Assembly: GCF_009914755.1 (NCBI RefSeq)
Contig: NC_060940.1
Length of the DNA stretch: 64,000 bases
Origin: the human T2T-CHM13v2.0 reference genome, Homo sapiens
Reading direction: 5' to 3' (one strand)
Positions 28,665 to 52,640 of this stretch are shown here, in pieces. Every line of letters begins with the position of its first letter. Positions within the stretch are counted from its first letter, which is position 1. The notes beneath the pieces are model-generated. The model had not been told where the DNA came from, ran no database searches, and was given only the letters and a program-made list of their open reading frames with translations. The translations under genes were made by a program, and so were the position numbers.

Positions 28665-29165
28665 CTTCCTGAGAACCCCCGTGTACTGAGCACCCCCCAG
28701 TGGTTCTGAGTGCCCCTGGTGTCATGAGCGCCCCCTCGTGGTACTGAGGGCACTGTGATATCCTGAGCACCCCTGATGCTTCTGAGCGCCCCCAGGTGTC
28801 CTGAGCGCCCCCTGGTGGTTCTGAGCTCCCCCAGGTGTCCTGAGCGCCCCCTGGTGGTTTGAGCGCCCCCCCCCCCCCCCCCGTGTCCTGAGCACCCCCT
28901 GGTGGTTCTGAGCGCCCCCTGGTGTCCTGAGCGCCCCCTGGTGGTCCTGAACACCCCCTGGTGACCTGAGTGCCTGCTGGTGGTCCTGGGCAAACCCTCG
29001 TGTCCTGAGTGCCCCCTTGTGATTCTGAGTGCCCCCTGGTGTCATGAGCACCCCCTCATGATCCTGAGCACCCCCTAATATCCTGAGCACCCCATGGTCC
29101 TAAGCACACCCTGGTGGTTCTGAGTGCCCCCAGGTTGTCCTCAAGGCGCCCTGGTGGTTCTGAGG
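28665..29165. repeat. GC-rich ~19-20-bp tandem array (CCTGAGCGCCCCCTGGTGGT), about 25 units, each a CTCF-motif variant
   Basis: Exact CGCCCCCTGGTGG at 28806-28818, 28845-28857 and 28932-28944, with near matches between them; located 3' of the V(III) RSS. Confidence 0.9.
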
Positions 29166-29245
29166 AGCATCTACCATGCAGCTCCCTCCTGTCTTCCTGC
29201 AGAGATTTTTCTGTTGGGGCTCACACAGATATTCCCTCTCCTGTG

Positions 29246-29552
29246 TCTCTCACAGTATTACAAGGCCTTGTCCTTGACTTTCAGTTTGGTCCCTTTAAGG
29301 TAGACTGCACATTAAAAGGTGTCACTTGGGACTGTTAATTTATTTGTGCTTATGGAGAGTAACTCTGAGAACTCCCACTTGATCACTCACTGTTTCCACC
29401 TACACAAATCCCTGTCGTGAAGCTGGCTGGACCAAGCTCATTGCTGTAGCCAGTAAAGGTGAAATCAGAGGCTTTGCATGAGAGTCTCAGTGAGCCACTG
29501 GGTGTACAATTTTTCCCCCTCTGACTCCATCAATAAATTTCACACAGGACTT
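29246..29552 (-). pseudogene. Clan III IGHV relic (IGHV(III)-16-1-like)
   Basis: GTTTGCAG acceptor; ...GGCTCACTGAGACTCTCATGCAAAGCCTCTGATTTCACCTTTACTGGCTAC (GSLRLSCKASDFTFTGY); ends TAATACTGTGAGAGA plus degenerate heptamer CACAGGA (29239-29245); stops and frameshifts. Confidence 0.8.
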
Positions 29553-32500
29553 CTGCAAACACTGAGGAAATGGAAGAACGGCCCCATGTGGAGCAGCCGC
29601 ACCTGGACCTGATTCACAAGGGACACTAATATTGAGGGTGATGAGAAGGGAAGCCCAAATCAGTGCAGATCCCACGGTGTGGACACTGAGGAAGGGAAGA
29701 GACATGGGTTGGCTCCTCGCTAGGGCCTGAAGGAACAGGGGATGAGCTGCCTTTCATGAGGAGGGGAGGGGACACATTTCCTTGTCTTTCTTTTTGTGGT
29801 CTTGGGTGCACCGCTCGGCATTGCTCATCCATCCTCTGTGTCTCCATTTCAGGGGGGCAGGGTCAAAGGACTCGTGGGTCTGGATGCACAGGGTTAATCT
29901 GCTGATTAGTCTTTTTTATTTTCTAGTGTGGACCCTGTTCAGGTATCTTCACAGTAGCAAACATTATCAAAAAAATACATCCAGTAAGAACTTAAAAATA
30001 CATTTCCAGAGAAAACGGACACCAATCTCTAATCGGTGCATTTAGAGCTACAAACTACTGTTCTTGACAATAAGGCAAAGTTAAGGTACAATAAAAAAAT
30101 GCAGATCTACACCTTGTCAGGGAGGGATTTTATAATTATTATCTTGAGATCATTTTCCCATAAAACAGTTCAACATTGGATATATCTGCTTGTGTCAGGG
30201 AACAGTCACTGTGGAAATATGTGTACTTATCAGAGTGAAGAGTTCACATGCAGACATGTTTGTCTGAGACAAGAGTCCACATGAGGAAATGTCATTACCA
30301 GAGGAAAGAGTAAATGTAAGGACATACGTGGTGGTCTGAGAAAAGAGTCCATGTGGGGACATATGTGTTTGTCTGAGGGAAGAATCCACGTGAGTAAAGG
30401 TGTGTTTGTCTGACGGAAGAGTCCCCATGTTGACAGGTGTGTGTACCCATCTGTGGGTAAATGCCCATTCAGGGACAGTGTGTGCCTGAACTGAGCTGAA
30501 GTTTGGGGAAAATCTTTATCAACCAAGGAAAGAAAAGAATTATCTGGGTTATTTGCTTGTCAGGAAGAAAAAACCTGGGTCACGTTGAAAATTGATTTTT
30601 TTAAATTAAAGGTCTTTAGTGAATGGTAACATCTTACATGCAAATGAGGAAAATTACTTCATTCTTTTTTGCATGCATCTCATGATATCCCCACCCTCAC
30701 CAAATAAGTTATTAGATAACTTTATACAGTCTGCATTTAATCCTGGGTTTAATGAACTGCTAAATACTTTTTACAAAAATTGTATATATTTAGGTTTATA
30801 TTTTCCATCACACAATTATGAGCTTAGAAAAATTAACTGCATCGTGTCTCAACCATTTTATAGCACTAAAAATAATTTTACTATTCTTAAACAGTGCCAT
30901 TTTTACTTATTTAATACTCATTCTCTAAATTCCTTGAATATCCTCTATCTGTTTACTTGACTATAGTTTTGGTTTATACCGAATTTCAAATAAATGATAT
31001 TATATGGTGTAATTGAAATGACTTCACTGAAGAAAGTAGAAAATGAAGTTGCTAGTCTAATTAACTTTGAAAATGAGGAAATTCTGTATGTTTAAAATGT
31101 AAAGAAACTACACATAGCACTCTATTCTAGTAGATAAACATATTTCCAATGAGCTTTACATTTCTGATACCGCTATGCATGTGTCCTAAAATTGTGCAAC
31201 CAGGTAATAATAAGGCAATTGGTGGGATAGGATTCCTCACTTTAAAGTGGATGGTTATGGACAGTCAAGGAAGGAAGGCTAGAAAGGTCCACGTGGTAGC
31301 ATAGTTGGGTCAGGAGACCAGTGTGTTCTCATTTTTAATATAATAAAGTTACAGAAGATTAGGTACATAAGTAGTTTTGATGCGTCCATAAACATGGGTT
31401 CATATAAACATGCACGTCTGCTAGGCCAGTAGGTTGAGAGGTCCTAGAAGTAATTATACACGGTATCACAGTTTTTTTTATTTTACTGCTATTCGTTAAC
31501 GTTAGAAACAAGCAAGCTTTAGAAAAATGGCTAATTCTATGTACAAAAGAGGTAATATAGAAAATGAACTTAGAATTTGTTGTAATACAAGGAAACAGGG
31601 AAGTGTTCAAAAACAAAAGGATGAGGTGCACTGTAAGGATACAGGATCCAAACTAAATGAGCTCCCAGGACCTAATAAATCTGTGGTGATTTGAACGATA
31701 AAATGAGTAATATAGCATGGATCTTCTTCAGAGTATGAAATATATATTCATAAACCAATACACATATTAATAGATGATTATGAAAATAAATATTGGGAAG
31801 ACGAACACATCTCCTTACAGAAGTATTCCAAATATCTGAGGTGAATAGTCCTCCAATCAAGTAGGTGAAGTTTAAACACTCATGAGTTGATTGTGGCCTG
31901 AGGTTAGACACATAGAAAAAATAACCACTATTTGGTATTCTATAATGAGACTTCAGATATAATGTCAAAAACATCATCTATGAATGAATACAATTTTACA
32001 TGTTTTTGAATCTAAATTTGTACAAACACACACATACACACACAGACACATGCACACACACACGTATGTTTCTGCAATACACACTGATAAGGGAGTAAAG
32101 ACAGCCACAGACTTGGAAAAAATACTTCCAAGTCACATATTTGTTAAATGAATTCTTTTAATTTGTTAAATGACTTTTATAAACAATATGCAAGTAAACT
32201 TACAATGAATCAAAACAAAGCAATGCATTTAAAATGAACCAAATATCAGGAGAGGCATCTCAACAAAAGTTATTGGAAAATTGTTAAATATGAACTTTTT
32301 GAGGGACATGTGCATTTAAATAAAAATTAGATCCCATTACTCACCTACTAGATTGGTTAAAACACACAACTCTCATAAGGATACATGGCAATATGAATGT
32401 GGAAAACCAAGAACTATCATGCATTGAGGGTGGGAATTCAAAATGCTACACGCACAAAAGGAGATTTTTTTGGCATTTTTAATAGATATAAATGCAGACT

Positions 32501-32803
32501 TAAAATGTGATTTTGTGTCTGTATTCCAAAATACTTACAGCACTGATTAAGAAATTAATGTTTACAGAGATACCTTCAGAGGAAGTTCTATATTAGTTTC
32601 ATTAATTTGATTAATTCTCTAATCATTGAAATTTGTTTACAGAATAAATGTTGTATGAAAAATCTCTCAAATAATTAAAATTTCTCAAATACACATTAAT
32701 ATTGTTCCTTTTCTTTAATGACTTAATGTCATTTTCTAAGCAAATCTTTAATCTAATAATCTTTGTCATCTCCTCTGTGTCAGCACAGGTGTCTCCTTCC
32801 TGG

Positions 32804-32842
32804 GGTTTCTGACACTCTCAGGATGTGGGTTTTTGCACTGTG
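32804..32842 (-). other. 23-spacer RSS, canonical VH1 type
   Basis: CACAGTG (32836-32842) - 23 bp - TCAGAAACC (32804-32812). Confidence 0.93.
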
Positions 32843-33279
32843 TCTCTCACACAGTAATACATGACCATGTCTTCAGATCTCAGGTTGCTCAGCTCCATGT
32901 AGGCTGTGCTCATGGACCTGTCACTGGTAATGGTGACTCTGCCCCAGAACGTCTGTGCATAGTGTGTGTTATCATTGTAAGGGTTGATTCATCCCATCCA
33001 CTATGCCCTTGTCCAGGGCTTTGTCACACCCACCGTGTAAAGTATTTGGTGAAGGTGTATCTGGAAGCCTGGCAGGAGACCTTCACTGAGGACCCAGGCT
33101 TCTTCACCTCAGCCCCAGGCTGCAACAGCTGAACCTGGGAATGGACACCTGTGAGGAGAATGGAGGAGTTGATAAAAGCCCCCTTGACTGAACTCAATCC
33201 CCTCCTCATCACTGGTACTTGGGAGCCCCTTACCTGTGGCAGCTGCCACCAAGAAGTGGATCCCCCAGGTACAGTCCAT
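32843..33279 (-). pseudogene. IGHV1-17-like orphon V pseudogene (IGHV1/OR16 group; leader 33234-33279, V-exon 32843-33148)
   Basis: Leader [16 protein letters not shown]; [37 protein letters not shown] (TGA at 33024-33026), a 1-nt loss in FR2, a second TGA in CDR2, then [48 protein letters not shown]. Confidence 0.88.
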
Positions 33280-33384
33280 GGTGAGGAGCTGTGTTCTCAG
33301 GGGCTTCTATAGAGGAGGGATGTGGTTGTTGGGTGATGCTCTCAGGGCACAGACATCCAAATTTACCTCAGTGGATCTCAGGTT

Positions 33385-33401
33385 ATTTGCATATTCATGA
33401 C
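33385..33401 (-). promoter_or_regulatory. VH promoter heptamer-octamer element
   Basis: Minus strand GTCATGA-AT-ATGCAAAT (intact octamer; heptamer one mismatch from CTCATGA) ~105 bp upstream of the ATG. Confidence 0.88.
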
Positions 33402-35811
33402 ATAGCATTTCATAGAAGAAAGCCTGGTTAATAATAAGAAAGGGAAGATAAATGACACATCAGATTTACAAGAGTGAGATGCTGATGGTCCAAGCCCTAT
33501 TCCTGTTTGAGGAAATGCATGCCCTGCTCCATTTATGAACATTCATGAACAGAGGTCCTTTCACAGAAGAACAATCCCCCTCAGGACACGCTCCTCACTG
33601 TGAACCTACATTTTATAAGCACAGAGACCACCTGGATAATTTCTGGAACCATCACTCTCCATGACACTGAGCAGGTGCCGTGGTTCTGTCCTGGATCCAT
33701 CAGTCACCAGCACAGCTGACTGATGACTGAGGAAGTTACTGCTCATGTCCCACGTGAGTGACCAGCAGGTCATTCTGAGATCTGCTGGGCACTCCTGAAA
33801 CAGTGTCTCCAGCACCTGCCTGGTGTTCAGATCCCCCAGGATCTTCAATAGAAACACTCTTGTTTACAGATTTGCTCTGTGATGTGTGATTAGAGATGAT
33901 TTTCTCATCTCAGGAACCATAAGAATCAGAAGCTGAAACGGTAGTTTCAAATTCTTTATGAACTCATTGCTCCCAAAATATTTGTCAAGGAATTTGTGTT
34001 TTGAATAATTTGGGGTTAATTTTGGACTCAATTTATTGGAATTTTTTGAAGTATTTATGTATTTTCAATTAATATCCATAGGTCCTCATCTTTACATATT
34101 GATATCTAACTCACCTGGTCTGTGCCCCCAACAGCCCAGACCCTGCCTTGCAAAGAGGTTCCTGCTGGGACTTACAAATCATTTCCCCCAAGCTTCTCTA
34201 GCCCAGCATGAAATGGCTGTGTCCTGGTTTATCACACTCCTTCAGTGACACCATATGCTACTGACACCATCTCTTGAAACAACTGATTAGCCTTACTAAA
34301 CCTATTGAACTCTGCAAGGAGACCCAGAGCAAGGATTCAATGACACAGAAGGGAGCCCCTTCTCTGAAGCTCCAGATTCACTTCATTAGTGGAACCAAAA
34401 TGAAGACAAAAACTTACAGGAGATTTGGGAGTGCCGTGTTTCTTCACTGGGCTCTTGCAGTTGAATGTTGCATCTGAGAATACCAGCAGGTGCAGATACA
34501 TTCAGATGAAAGCCCACTCCATATCCACTATTCCAATAACACACATTTTCCCTTCTTCCTAATATGTAGCTTTTAGGAAGTGCCTCCTATGCTGACACTA
34601 GGCCCAGTTATCTGACTTTCTTCTCCTAGAGATTTAAAGCAAACAGGATACAGGTGGAGACTTGGGAAGTGCATGCAGGTTGTTATTTTCACTTTCTCAG
34701 CTAGGAAACCAGCAAAGTCCCCATAATAAAAGAAGCTGAGATCTATGATGGCATTTACAAGATGTTGGTCTTAAAAATCATGATGTCAGAGGCTTCACAT
34801 TGCTGTACTGCCTTTGTCTCACCCTCTGTCATTGTCTTAGTGTTTCTGTATTCTCCTCAGATAGAGTCTGTGCATTGCCACACTTTCATCTTTAATCCAT
34901 AGTCATCATCCTAGTTAGAATGGATTGTGCAGTGCAGGTAAGCACTGCCTGTTCTTCCAATGGAAACCTAGAGATTCGATAGGCTTCCTCTTCTGGGCTG
35001 TGACCTTGAAAAAGCATCTCCAGGGGAAAAGCTCATTTTTGGCTGTTACTCCCTTTTGTGGTTTTGGCTTCCCTGGACTATTTACGTACATCTTACCCCT
35101 TTTGGCTAACTTTACTCATTCATATAATAATGGAAGAATGGGAGAGAATCTGGAATGGGAGATTTGTCTTCCTTCACATAGGATAAGGTTCTGGAAAAGT
35201 CATTCCCTTTAGAAGCTTTTGAAGTAGGCTCCTGGTATAGTTTTCTGTAATTAATCATCTTCATTTCATCTTCAATTCTGACCCACAGGAAATTTATTTG
35301 GATTGTATATTTTAGAATCTGGAGGTTTCTGGAGAGAAAGTCCAGAAACCTTAGAAGTATAAGACCCTCTGGAATGGTCACATTTACCGAGTCCACATTT
35401 GTCTTTCAGACGTCTATAGTGGTTACCATATAAGTGCCTTCAACAGCTTGTGGCTTCTGCAGCTTCTGCAGTTTCTGCACCAGTTAAGCAAGTGCTAACT
35501 GCAATTCTGGACATGCCCATCTCTCCAGCTTTTGGAGTGGGTAATATTTCTTGCAATTTCAGTTATTTAGTAGATTCCAAAATGTATTGACATTCAGATT
35601 ATGCAGATTTATTTTGACATAAAATATGACGGTGATGAAATTTATAATCAATATTTTGGAGCATAAACCAAAAGTACAATCAAAGGTCACCTTTGATGTG
35701 TTACTGGAGGCAGAATTCTGACCTTATTACATGTAGGTGGCACATCTGACATAAATAAACAGGCAAGAAAACAGAGAAAGGACCTGGCACAACACTGTGC
35801 CATGGCACAAC

Positions 35812-37410
<1,599 letters not shown>

Positions 37411-37411
37411 A

Positions 37412-37499
37412 ATGCAGTGGCTCATGCCTGTAATCCCAGCAATTTGGGAGGCCAAGGCCCAGGTAACAACAGTGAAACTCCGTCAAAAAAAAAAAAAAA
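37412..37499 (+). mobile_element. Internally deleted Alu remnant (head joined to tail)
   Basis: GCAGTGGCTCATGCCTGTAATCCCAGC..GGGAGGCCAAGGC directly followed by CAACAGTGAAACTCCGTC(A)n. Confidence 0.8.
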
Positions 37500-40400
37500 G
37501 CTGAGGGGATTGAGGGGATTTCTATGCAAAGTGTGGATGGTGTGTTTTAATTTCTCCTTGCTTAATATAGTATAATGTGAGAGGAGATTGATAAAGAGGA
37601 AACTATTGGAAAATGTGGAATCAGGTATTTTATAAATAAAGAAGGTTCTCCCATCTTCTGGAAACCCCATAATCTTTTTAAAAATGAAGGAATTTTAAGA
37701 TTTATTTCTACATTCTAGATACATGCCTAATATAAACTTGGATTTAAGTGCAAACAGAGATACATAGAAGATGAAAATTCTGCAGCAGATCATTTGCCAA
37801 ATAGGCAGTTTTATATCAGTTTGTAATTTTACCTAAGATTCAAAAGATAAATGACAGACAGATCCAAATAATAAATTATAACATTTCAATGCTAGACAAC
37901 TGGTTGAGAGGCGCTTGAACTGACATTATTCTGATGAATCATACCTCAATAATAAAACTGTATTGAATGGTGTACCTGTTCAAGAGGCTGCTTGAGTAAA
38001 TAGTTTCTACCTCCCCTACTTAGGAGTCCTGCCACAACCCAACATGCTCTAAAACCTGGGGGCCACTAAGAACAAAGACAGAAGTTTGAATATTATGAAG
38101 TTATTATGAAGTTTTTGAGAGATCCACAATCACTGATGGGGTGATTGGTGAGGGTTTTCTCTAAGGGCCTAGGCTTGGAAGAGTATGGCTGTTTGTTATG
38201 ATGAACAAAGAGCTGTTTTTTTTGATGAGTAGATGGCAGCAAAGACCATCAAGGAAAATGAAGAAATGGGGAAATATGGTCCAAACAGAGGGACAACATA
38301 AAGGTCCAGAAACTGGCATCAATGAATATAAAAGCATATGGATTTCTTGGCAGAAAATTTAAATATTACAATCTTGTTTAATAAGCTAGTGGCAGCATGC
38401 AAGAACACTGTGAGAATTTTAAGAGATAAAAAAATTTAAAAGAGAACTAAAAAAATTTGGTGTTGAAGAATACAATAAGTCAGCCAAAAATTTTTAGACA
38501 GCACACTGTAGGAGAGGCTCAGGCTTTCCTTTCCCCTACAGGAGGTAGCCCTGCAATTTCCTTAGACGTGAATCACTGTTTCCTCCCACCCACCTTCTAG
38601 ATTCTCTTCAGAGATTCTCCCGACTCCAGAGCTCATGTTCTCACATGTTGTGCGACTTTGGGTTAAAACACACCTGAAACATTTAATGGCTGTTGTCCTT
38701 GATCATTTGATCATCATCTGCATTTTAGTTGATGTGATTTTTTTAAACCTCAGTTTGAAGGAAAGAAAAAAAAAATCTATAGACTCTATCTAGGCCAGAA
38801 TTACTTCTCTCTCTTTCCCTTGGTAGCTGCGAATGTAGCCCCAAATATGATAGGAATCAATAAACACTGCAGCTGTTACAACACTTTCTTGGTCAGCTGT
38901 TCCAACAGTATGAGAACCACGGCAGCACAATTATTTTATGGGACTAATTCTGTTCCTACTGGAGACACATTTATTCTTATGTACCAGGACCTCCAGTCCA
39001 TCGCAGCCTATGATTATGGAGAAGGAAAGAAACATTCTTCAAATTTTCATCATACATGTGGCAAGAGAAACCGATATTTCTGTCCACTGCTTTCTAGACC
39101 CAGGTATTGTAGCTCCTGGCCATGGGACACTGTAGTGCTCTCTGTTTGGGGGCATTTAAGCATCCTAGAGAATAGTATTATCCCCAAAATGGCCCTTCTT
39201 TATTAAATTTCCTACTATAAAACGGAAGCATAAACTACCTGCTGTTTATCTCACATCAGACTGTGGAGACCTAAGTCAATGTTTCCATTGTTCTGCTGGG
39301 GCCTTGTTTCTGGTCAACTGTGAGGGAGAAAGAACTGCTGGATCACAGACTCTTGTTCCCGTGATCACATCTCCTGTCCCTTAACTATATCTACATCCCC
39401 TCGTGTCAGAACATATTGTGCAGTGTCTCATTCTAGGAATAAGATATTCAGTAACTTGGACAGTGACTCTAGTAGCTTCTCTATGATTAAGAAAAATACA
39501 TGTGAAGATAAGAGTTAATTCTTCTAAGTATAAATGACTACCTATCAGGTTTGGGCTTTGACTAAATTTTTTAAATTGTCTCCTTATGACTGGTGGGTAT
39601 CCTTACAGGGTGTAATGATTTTGTTAGACAAATGTGATATCTATCACTATCAGCTCAGGCACTCGGTGAGAGGTGCTGGTCAGTCTGGTTGGCGGTATCT
39701 GTGCTCAGTCTTTATTGTACGTTAGGGAATGTGCTGATATAAAGAGAGAGGATGCTATCACTTGTGTGGCAATAATGATTAAACTGCAGAAAATCATCGT
39801 ATTATGAGGTCTCCATACCCTCCTATGCAGCAGAAGAGATTTCCCTTGCTTTCAGCTGCTGGTTTCCTTACATTAAAATTTATTGCATTTCCTTTTACTG
39901 CACATTTTTTTTAAATTCTAAGATATTGTCTGCTTATTTAATTAAAGTAAGCACCAATAAATTTTAAAATTATCAATTACCTGTATAAGAAACATAAAAT
40001 GGGTGTGGTGAAGATGCCGAGTAGAGATACCAGAAAACAAAACTAATAAAGAAACACATTGTGTAAGTTTAGAGTCATCACTGAGCACTGAAACCATGAG
40101 GAGCTTGTGTTGACTTTTATATTATTGAAAGTCTATTATATTTGACATCCAGAAGGCTGATCACACCAGTGAGAAAAATCTGTAGAGTGGTCCACACAGA
40201 TCAGAAATTAGAAAGTGATAAAGTCACAAACTTGCACAACCTGCAGACATTCAGTGTATTCAGCATTCAGCTCTTCCCATTTCTTCAGTAAAATAGATGG
40301 GTTACATCTGCATGGAAAATGGGACAAGTATTTTGTAAGCTGATTCTCCTGGGAAGTTGCTAATGAAATCAGTCAAGTGATGCTCTGACACAGGATTGTG

Positions 40401-42199
40401 AAGAGGACGTTGACCCCTGGTGGTCGCTGTCATCAACACGGGATGCTCAACGCTGGTGGGTGTCTTTGTTACTGTTTTGTTCACAAGAGATTTTAAGCTG
40501 TCATGTGCTGCATGCAGGTGAGTTTTTAAGCCTCAGATGAGGAAAATAACATGACTACACAGTAGATGAGAAAATTGAAGACCTCACTTCATCAACCACA
40601 TTCCACTGATGAGACCTGTTCACACAGAGAGCCAGGGATGAGCTGGGAAGAGGAAGGGGCTGGGGAAGATCATCCATAGATGGACCCATCCAGCCTGCTT
40701 GAACTCCCTGTGGAAGGAGGGTGTAAATGTTTGTCCTCAACTGATAGCGAGTATTTCAAGACCTTCACAAGCTTTCAGAAAAACAGTTTTCATGAACAAG
40801 TGCCCATACGTTACTCAGAGGTGTACTTGTCATCATTTATCCTTCCTCTCTAGGCAGCACCACAGTAGCATGTTCTCAGAATTCTCCCTGATCCTCTGTG
40901 AGTTCCTGGTGCAGCTCCTGGAGGAAAAGCCTGCATGAGGGAGGGAGCCCTCCTCAATTGCAGCCCTGAGGCTGTCCCCAAAGTGCCATCAGCTCTCCTA
41001 CATCCCTCTCGAGCCTCTGCTCTCTCTCCCTTCCACCCCCACCCCTTGGACAAGCAACATCTGAAAGTCTTCCCTGCCCTCGGCTCCCAGAGCTCTCTGG
41101 CGGTGGCCTGCACTCTCCCTCAAAGCGGCCCTCCCCCAGGTCACTGTCTTCCCTTCGATGACATCACGCGCCCACCCTGCGCTCCTGCTGGGCTGAGGCC
41201 CTCGGAGCCTACTTCACCGGGTCCTCTTCTCTCTTCTCTCAAAGGCCATGGGGTTTGCCTGCGGTCCAGCTGGGTTGGCCCTCTTCCCCCTGTCCTGGGT
41301 CCTTGAGTGGCCCCGCTTATTTAGGCCATCTATGAGTCACTTCTCTAACGCCCCTGTCTCCAGACCAGCTTCAGTCAAAGGCTGGGCCAGAGAAGACCCT
41401 AGTGAGAAACTTCTGATGAGCAGTGTGACCTTGCCACCTCAAGGGTACCCGCCCACCGCCCCTGGTCTAAGCACAGGTGACACCGCCTGTCTCCCCCAAC
41501 CACACACACCCCTTGAGGCTCCTCCTCCAAGCCTGGGTAGGGACACTGCCCCTCCCTCACCCAGGAAGCTCAGTCTGGCTTGGGCCAGAACTGCTTTTCT
41601 TCCTAAAGCTGGAGGGATGGCCGAGGGCTTAGCTTAACGGGATGAGCCATCTGGGGACTGCAGTGTCCACGATCAGATCAGGGAGCTTGAAGTTGAGGGG
41701 GGCACACTTTACCTCCCAGGCCAGGAGAATGACCACTTCCTTCCCCACCCCACCCCCAGGCTACTCTTGCCCTAGAAAATTCTAACCAAGCTGCTCAGCT
41801 GGTGGCGGAGAGGCAGCCCAACAAGCTGGCTCTTGCTGGGTAGGCCTGGGGGTCCTGGGGAGAGGAACACGGGGTGGGTGGGGGGCGGGCAGCCAGGACC
41901 TCAGACCTGAGGCCTTTGGGGAAGGGTCTGTGCACCCGCCAGGCACCAGGGGGCAGCCTTGCCTTATTCCCGCTCCAGTCCCCTCAAGTCCGAAGCCCCT
42001 ACCCACTCTCATGCCAGGCAGGGGTGGGGGCCACCGGGGTCATTTACCCGGGCCCCTTCTCTGCCTTGGTGACAAAGTGGAGCCTTGCTCATCAGTCAGG
42101 CAGGCTCCCCTCTGGCCACTGTGGAGACACAGAGGCCTGTCACCTGAAGAGCTGGTCCCAGCCTCCAGCTTCCAGGGTAGCCGGGAAGCTCTAGCCCCC

Positions 42200-51242
<9,043 letters not shown>

Positions 51243-52087
51243 AGCAGGCCTCTGCTTCTGCCTCTGCTGCTCTAAGGGGTCGAGGTGCAGGAAGTAGGGG
51301 GAACCTCCTCCAGCTGGAGCTGCTGTGGTGGGCAAGGCTCTACTCTGGAGGCCTCTGAGGCCGGCACCCTTCTGGGGACTGGGAAGGGAGCAGGGAAGGC
51401 AGCAGCCCAGGGAAAACCTTGTCCCCCTGGAGCCGAGGCACCTGGGGAGAGCAGGATGAGAGAGCTGGAGAGCAGCCACACCCACGGGGAAGGATGGGTG
51501 TAAAGCCATGGGTGCTGAAATTTTCAAAATGTTACCCCAAGAATTTGTCACTGAACAGGTGCCTTGTGTCACTTGGGCCAGGCTGATAGCAGCAGAGGGG
51601 ATAACTCTTTGCATCAGGGATCAATTTTGAAGGTGGAGCCAGTAGGGGTTGTGCATGACCAGGATGCAGGGCTCAAAGAGGAGTTAAGGACAACAGATTT
51701 GGCCTGAGCAAGAGGAAAGATGGAGCTGCCAGGTCCTGCAATGGGGAGGCAAGGAGAGAATGGTCCGGAGTCAGCCTTGGGTGTGTCATGCAGGAAGTGT
51801 CATCCAAGTGGAGATGTCTAGTTGGCAGGTGGACACAGGAGTTCCAGAAAGTACTGGAGATGGAACTTTGCAAGTTCTTACCACATAGAGATGACACTGA
51901 AAGCCCTGAACCTGGGTGAGCTCACAGGGACGCCGCAAGTCCGGGGACACAATGAGAGGGGCAGAGGGAAGATGTGGCAGCAATGGGGGAGGATGCCTGA
52001 GAGCTCCTGGTGGGGTCCTGCAACCTGAGCCAGTGAGGACCCCTCACAGGTCAGGGAGGAGCAGTGGCTGGCTCCATCTGTCCAGTG

Positions 52088-52108
52088 CTGCTGCTGCTGC
52101 TGCTGCTG
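52088..52108. repeat. (CTG)7 short tandem repeat
   Basis: Directly visible. Confidence 0.85.
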
Positions 52109-52384
52109 GTGAAGGACAGTGACCTGCAAATGCTCACTGAGTCTGGCAAGGGTCACAGGGGCCTGGTGAGGGTGGCTTGCATGAGGGGTTGCGTGTGAAA
52201 GGCTGGTTGGTGTGCGATTGAGAAAAGGAGTGGCGGCAGCCCATTGTCATCTGCAGACGAAGGGAGAGACAACAACATAGTTTACCCAGACAAGGAAATA
52301 TGAGCCGGCCTGGAAAGGGAAGGCACTCCAACACACGACACAACATGGCTGACCCCTGGAGGGCATTTCTGTGAAATGATCCAT

Positions 52385-52640
52385 CATAAAGAGACACTTG
52401 CTATAGGGTTCTGCTCCTGAGAGAGAGACAGGGCCTTACATGAGAGGAGGGAGATCCACAGAGACAGAGGGCAAGGGTGGGTGCCAGGGGCTGGGGACAG
52501 GGTGGGGAGTGTTGAGTGGGGACAGAGTGTCAGTTTGAGAAAATAAATTCTAGAGGTGGACGGAAGTGGTGGCTGCGCAACACTGTGGCTGCACTTAATG
52601 CCACTGAATTGCACACTTAACGATGGTGAAAATGGCTCAT
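52385..52640 (+). mobile_element. Ancient L1M 3'UTR fragment
   Basis: CCACAGAGACAGAGG...GGTGCCAGGGGCTGGGG...GTCAGTTTGAGAAAATAAATTCTAGAGGTGGA...CTTAATGCCACTGAATTGCACACTTAA. Confidence 0.7.

Noticed and set aside
28665-29165. CRISPR-like appearance of this array and of the 21-bp array
   Set aside because: Head-to-tail units without unique spacers, human context, no cas genes
51916-52156. PolyQ/polyA ORFs at the (CTG)7 tract
   Set aside because: Short intergenic STR, no gene context
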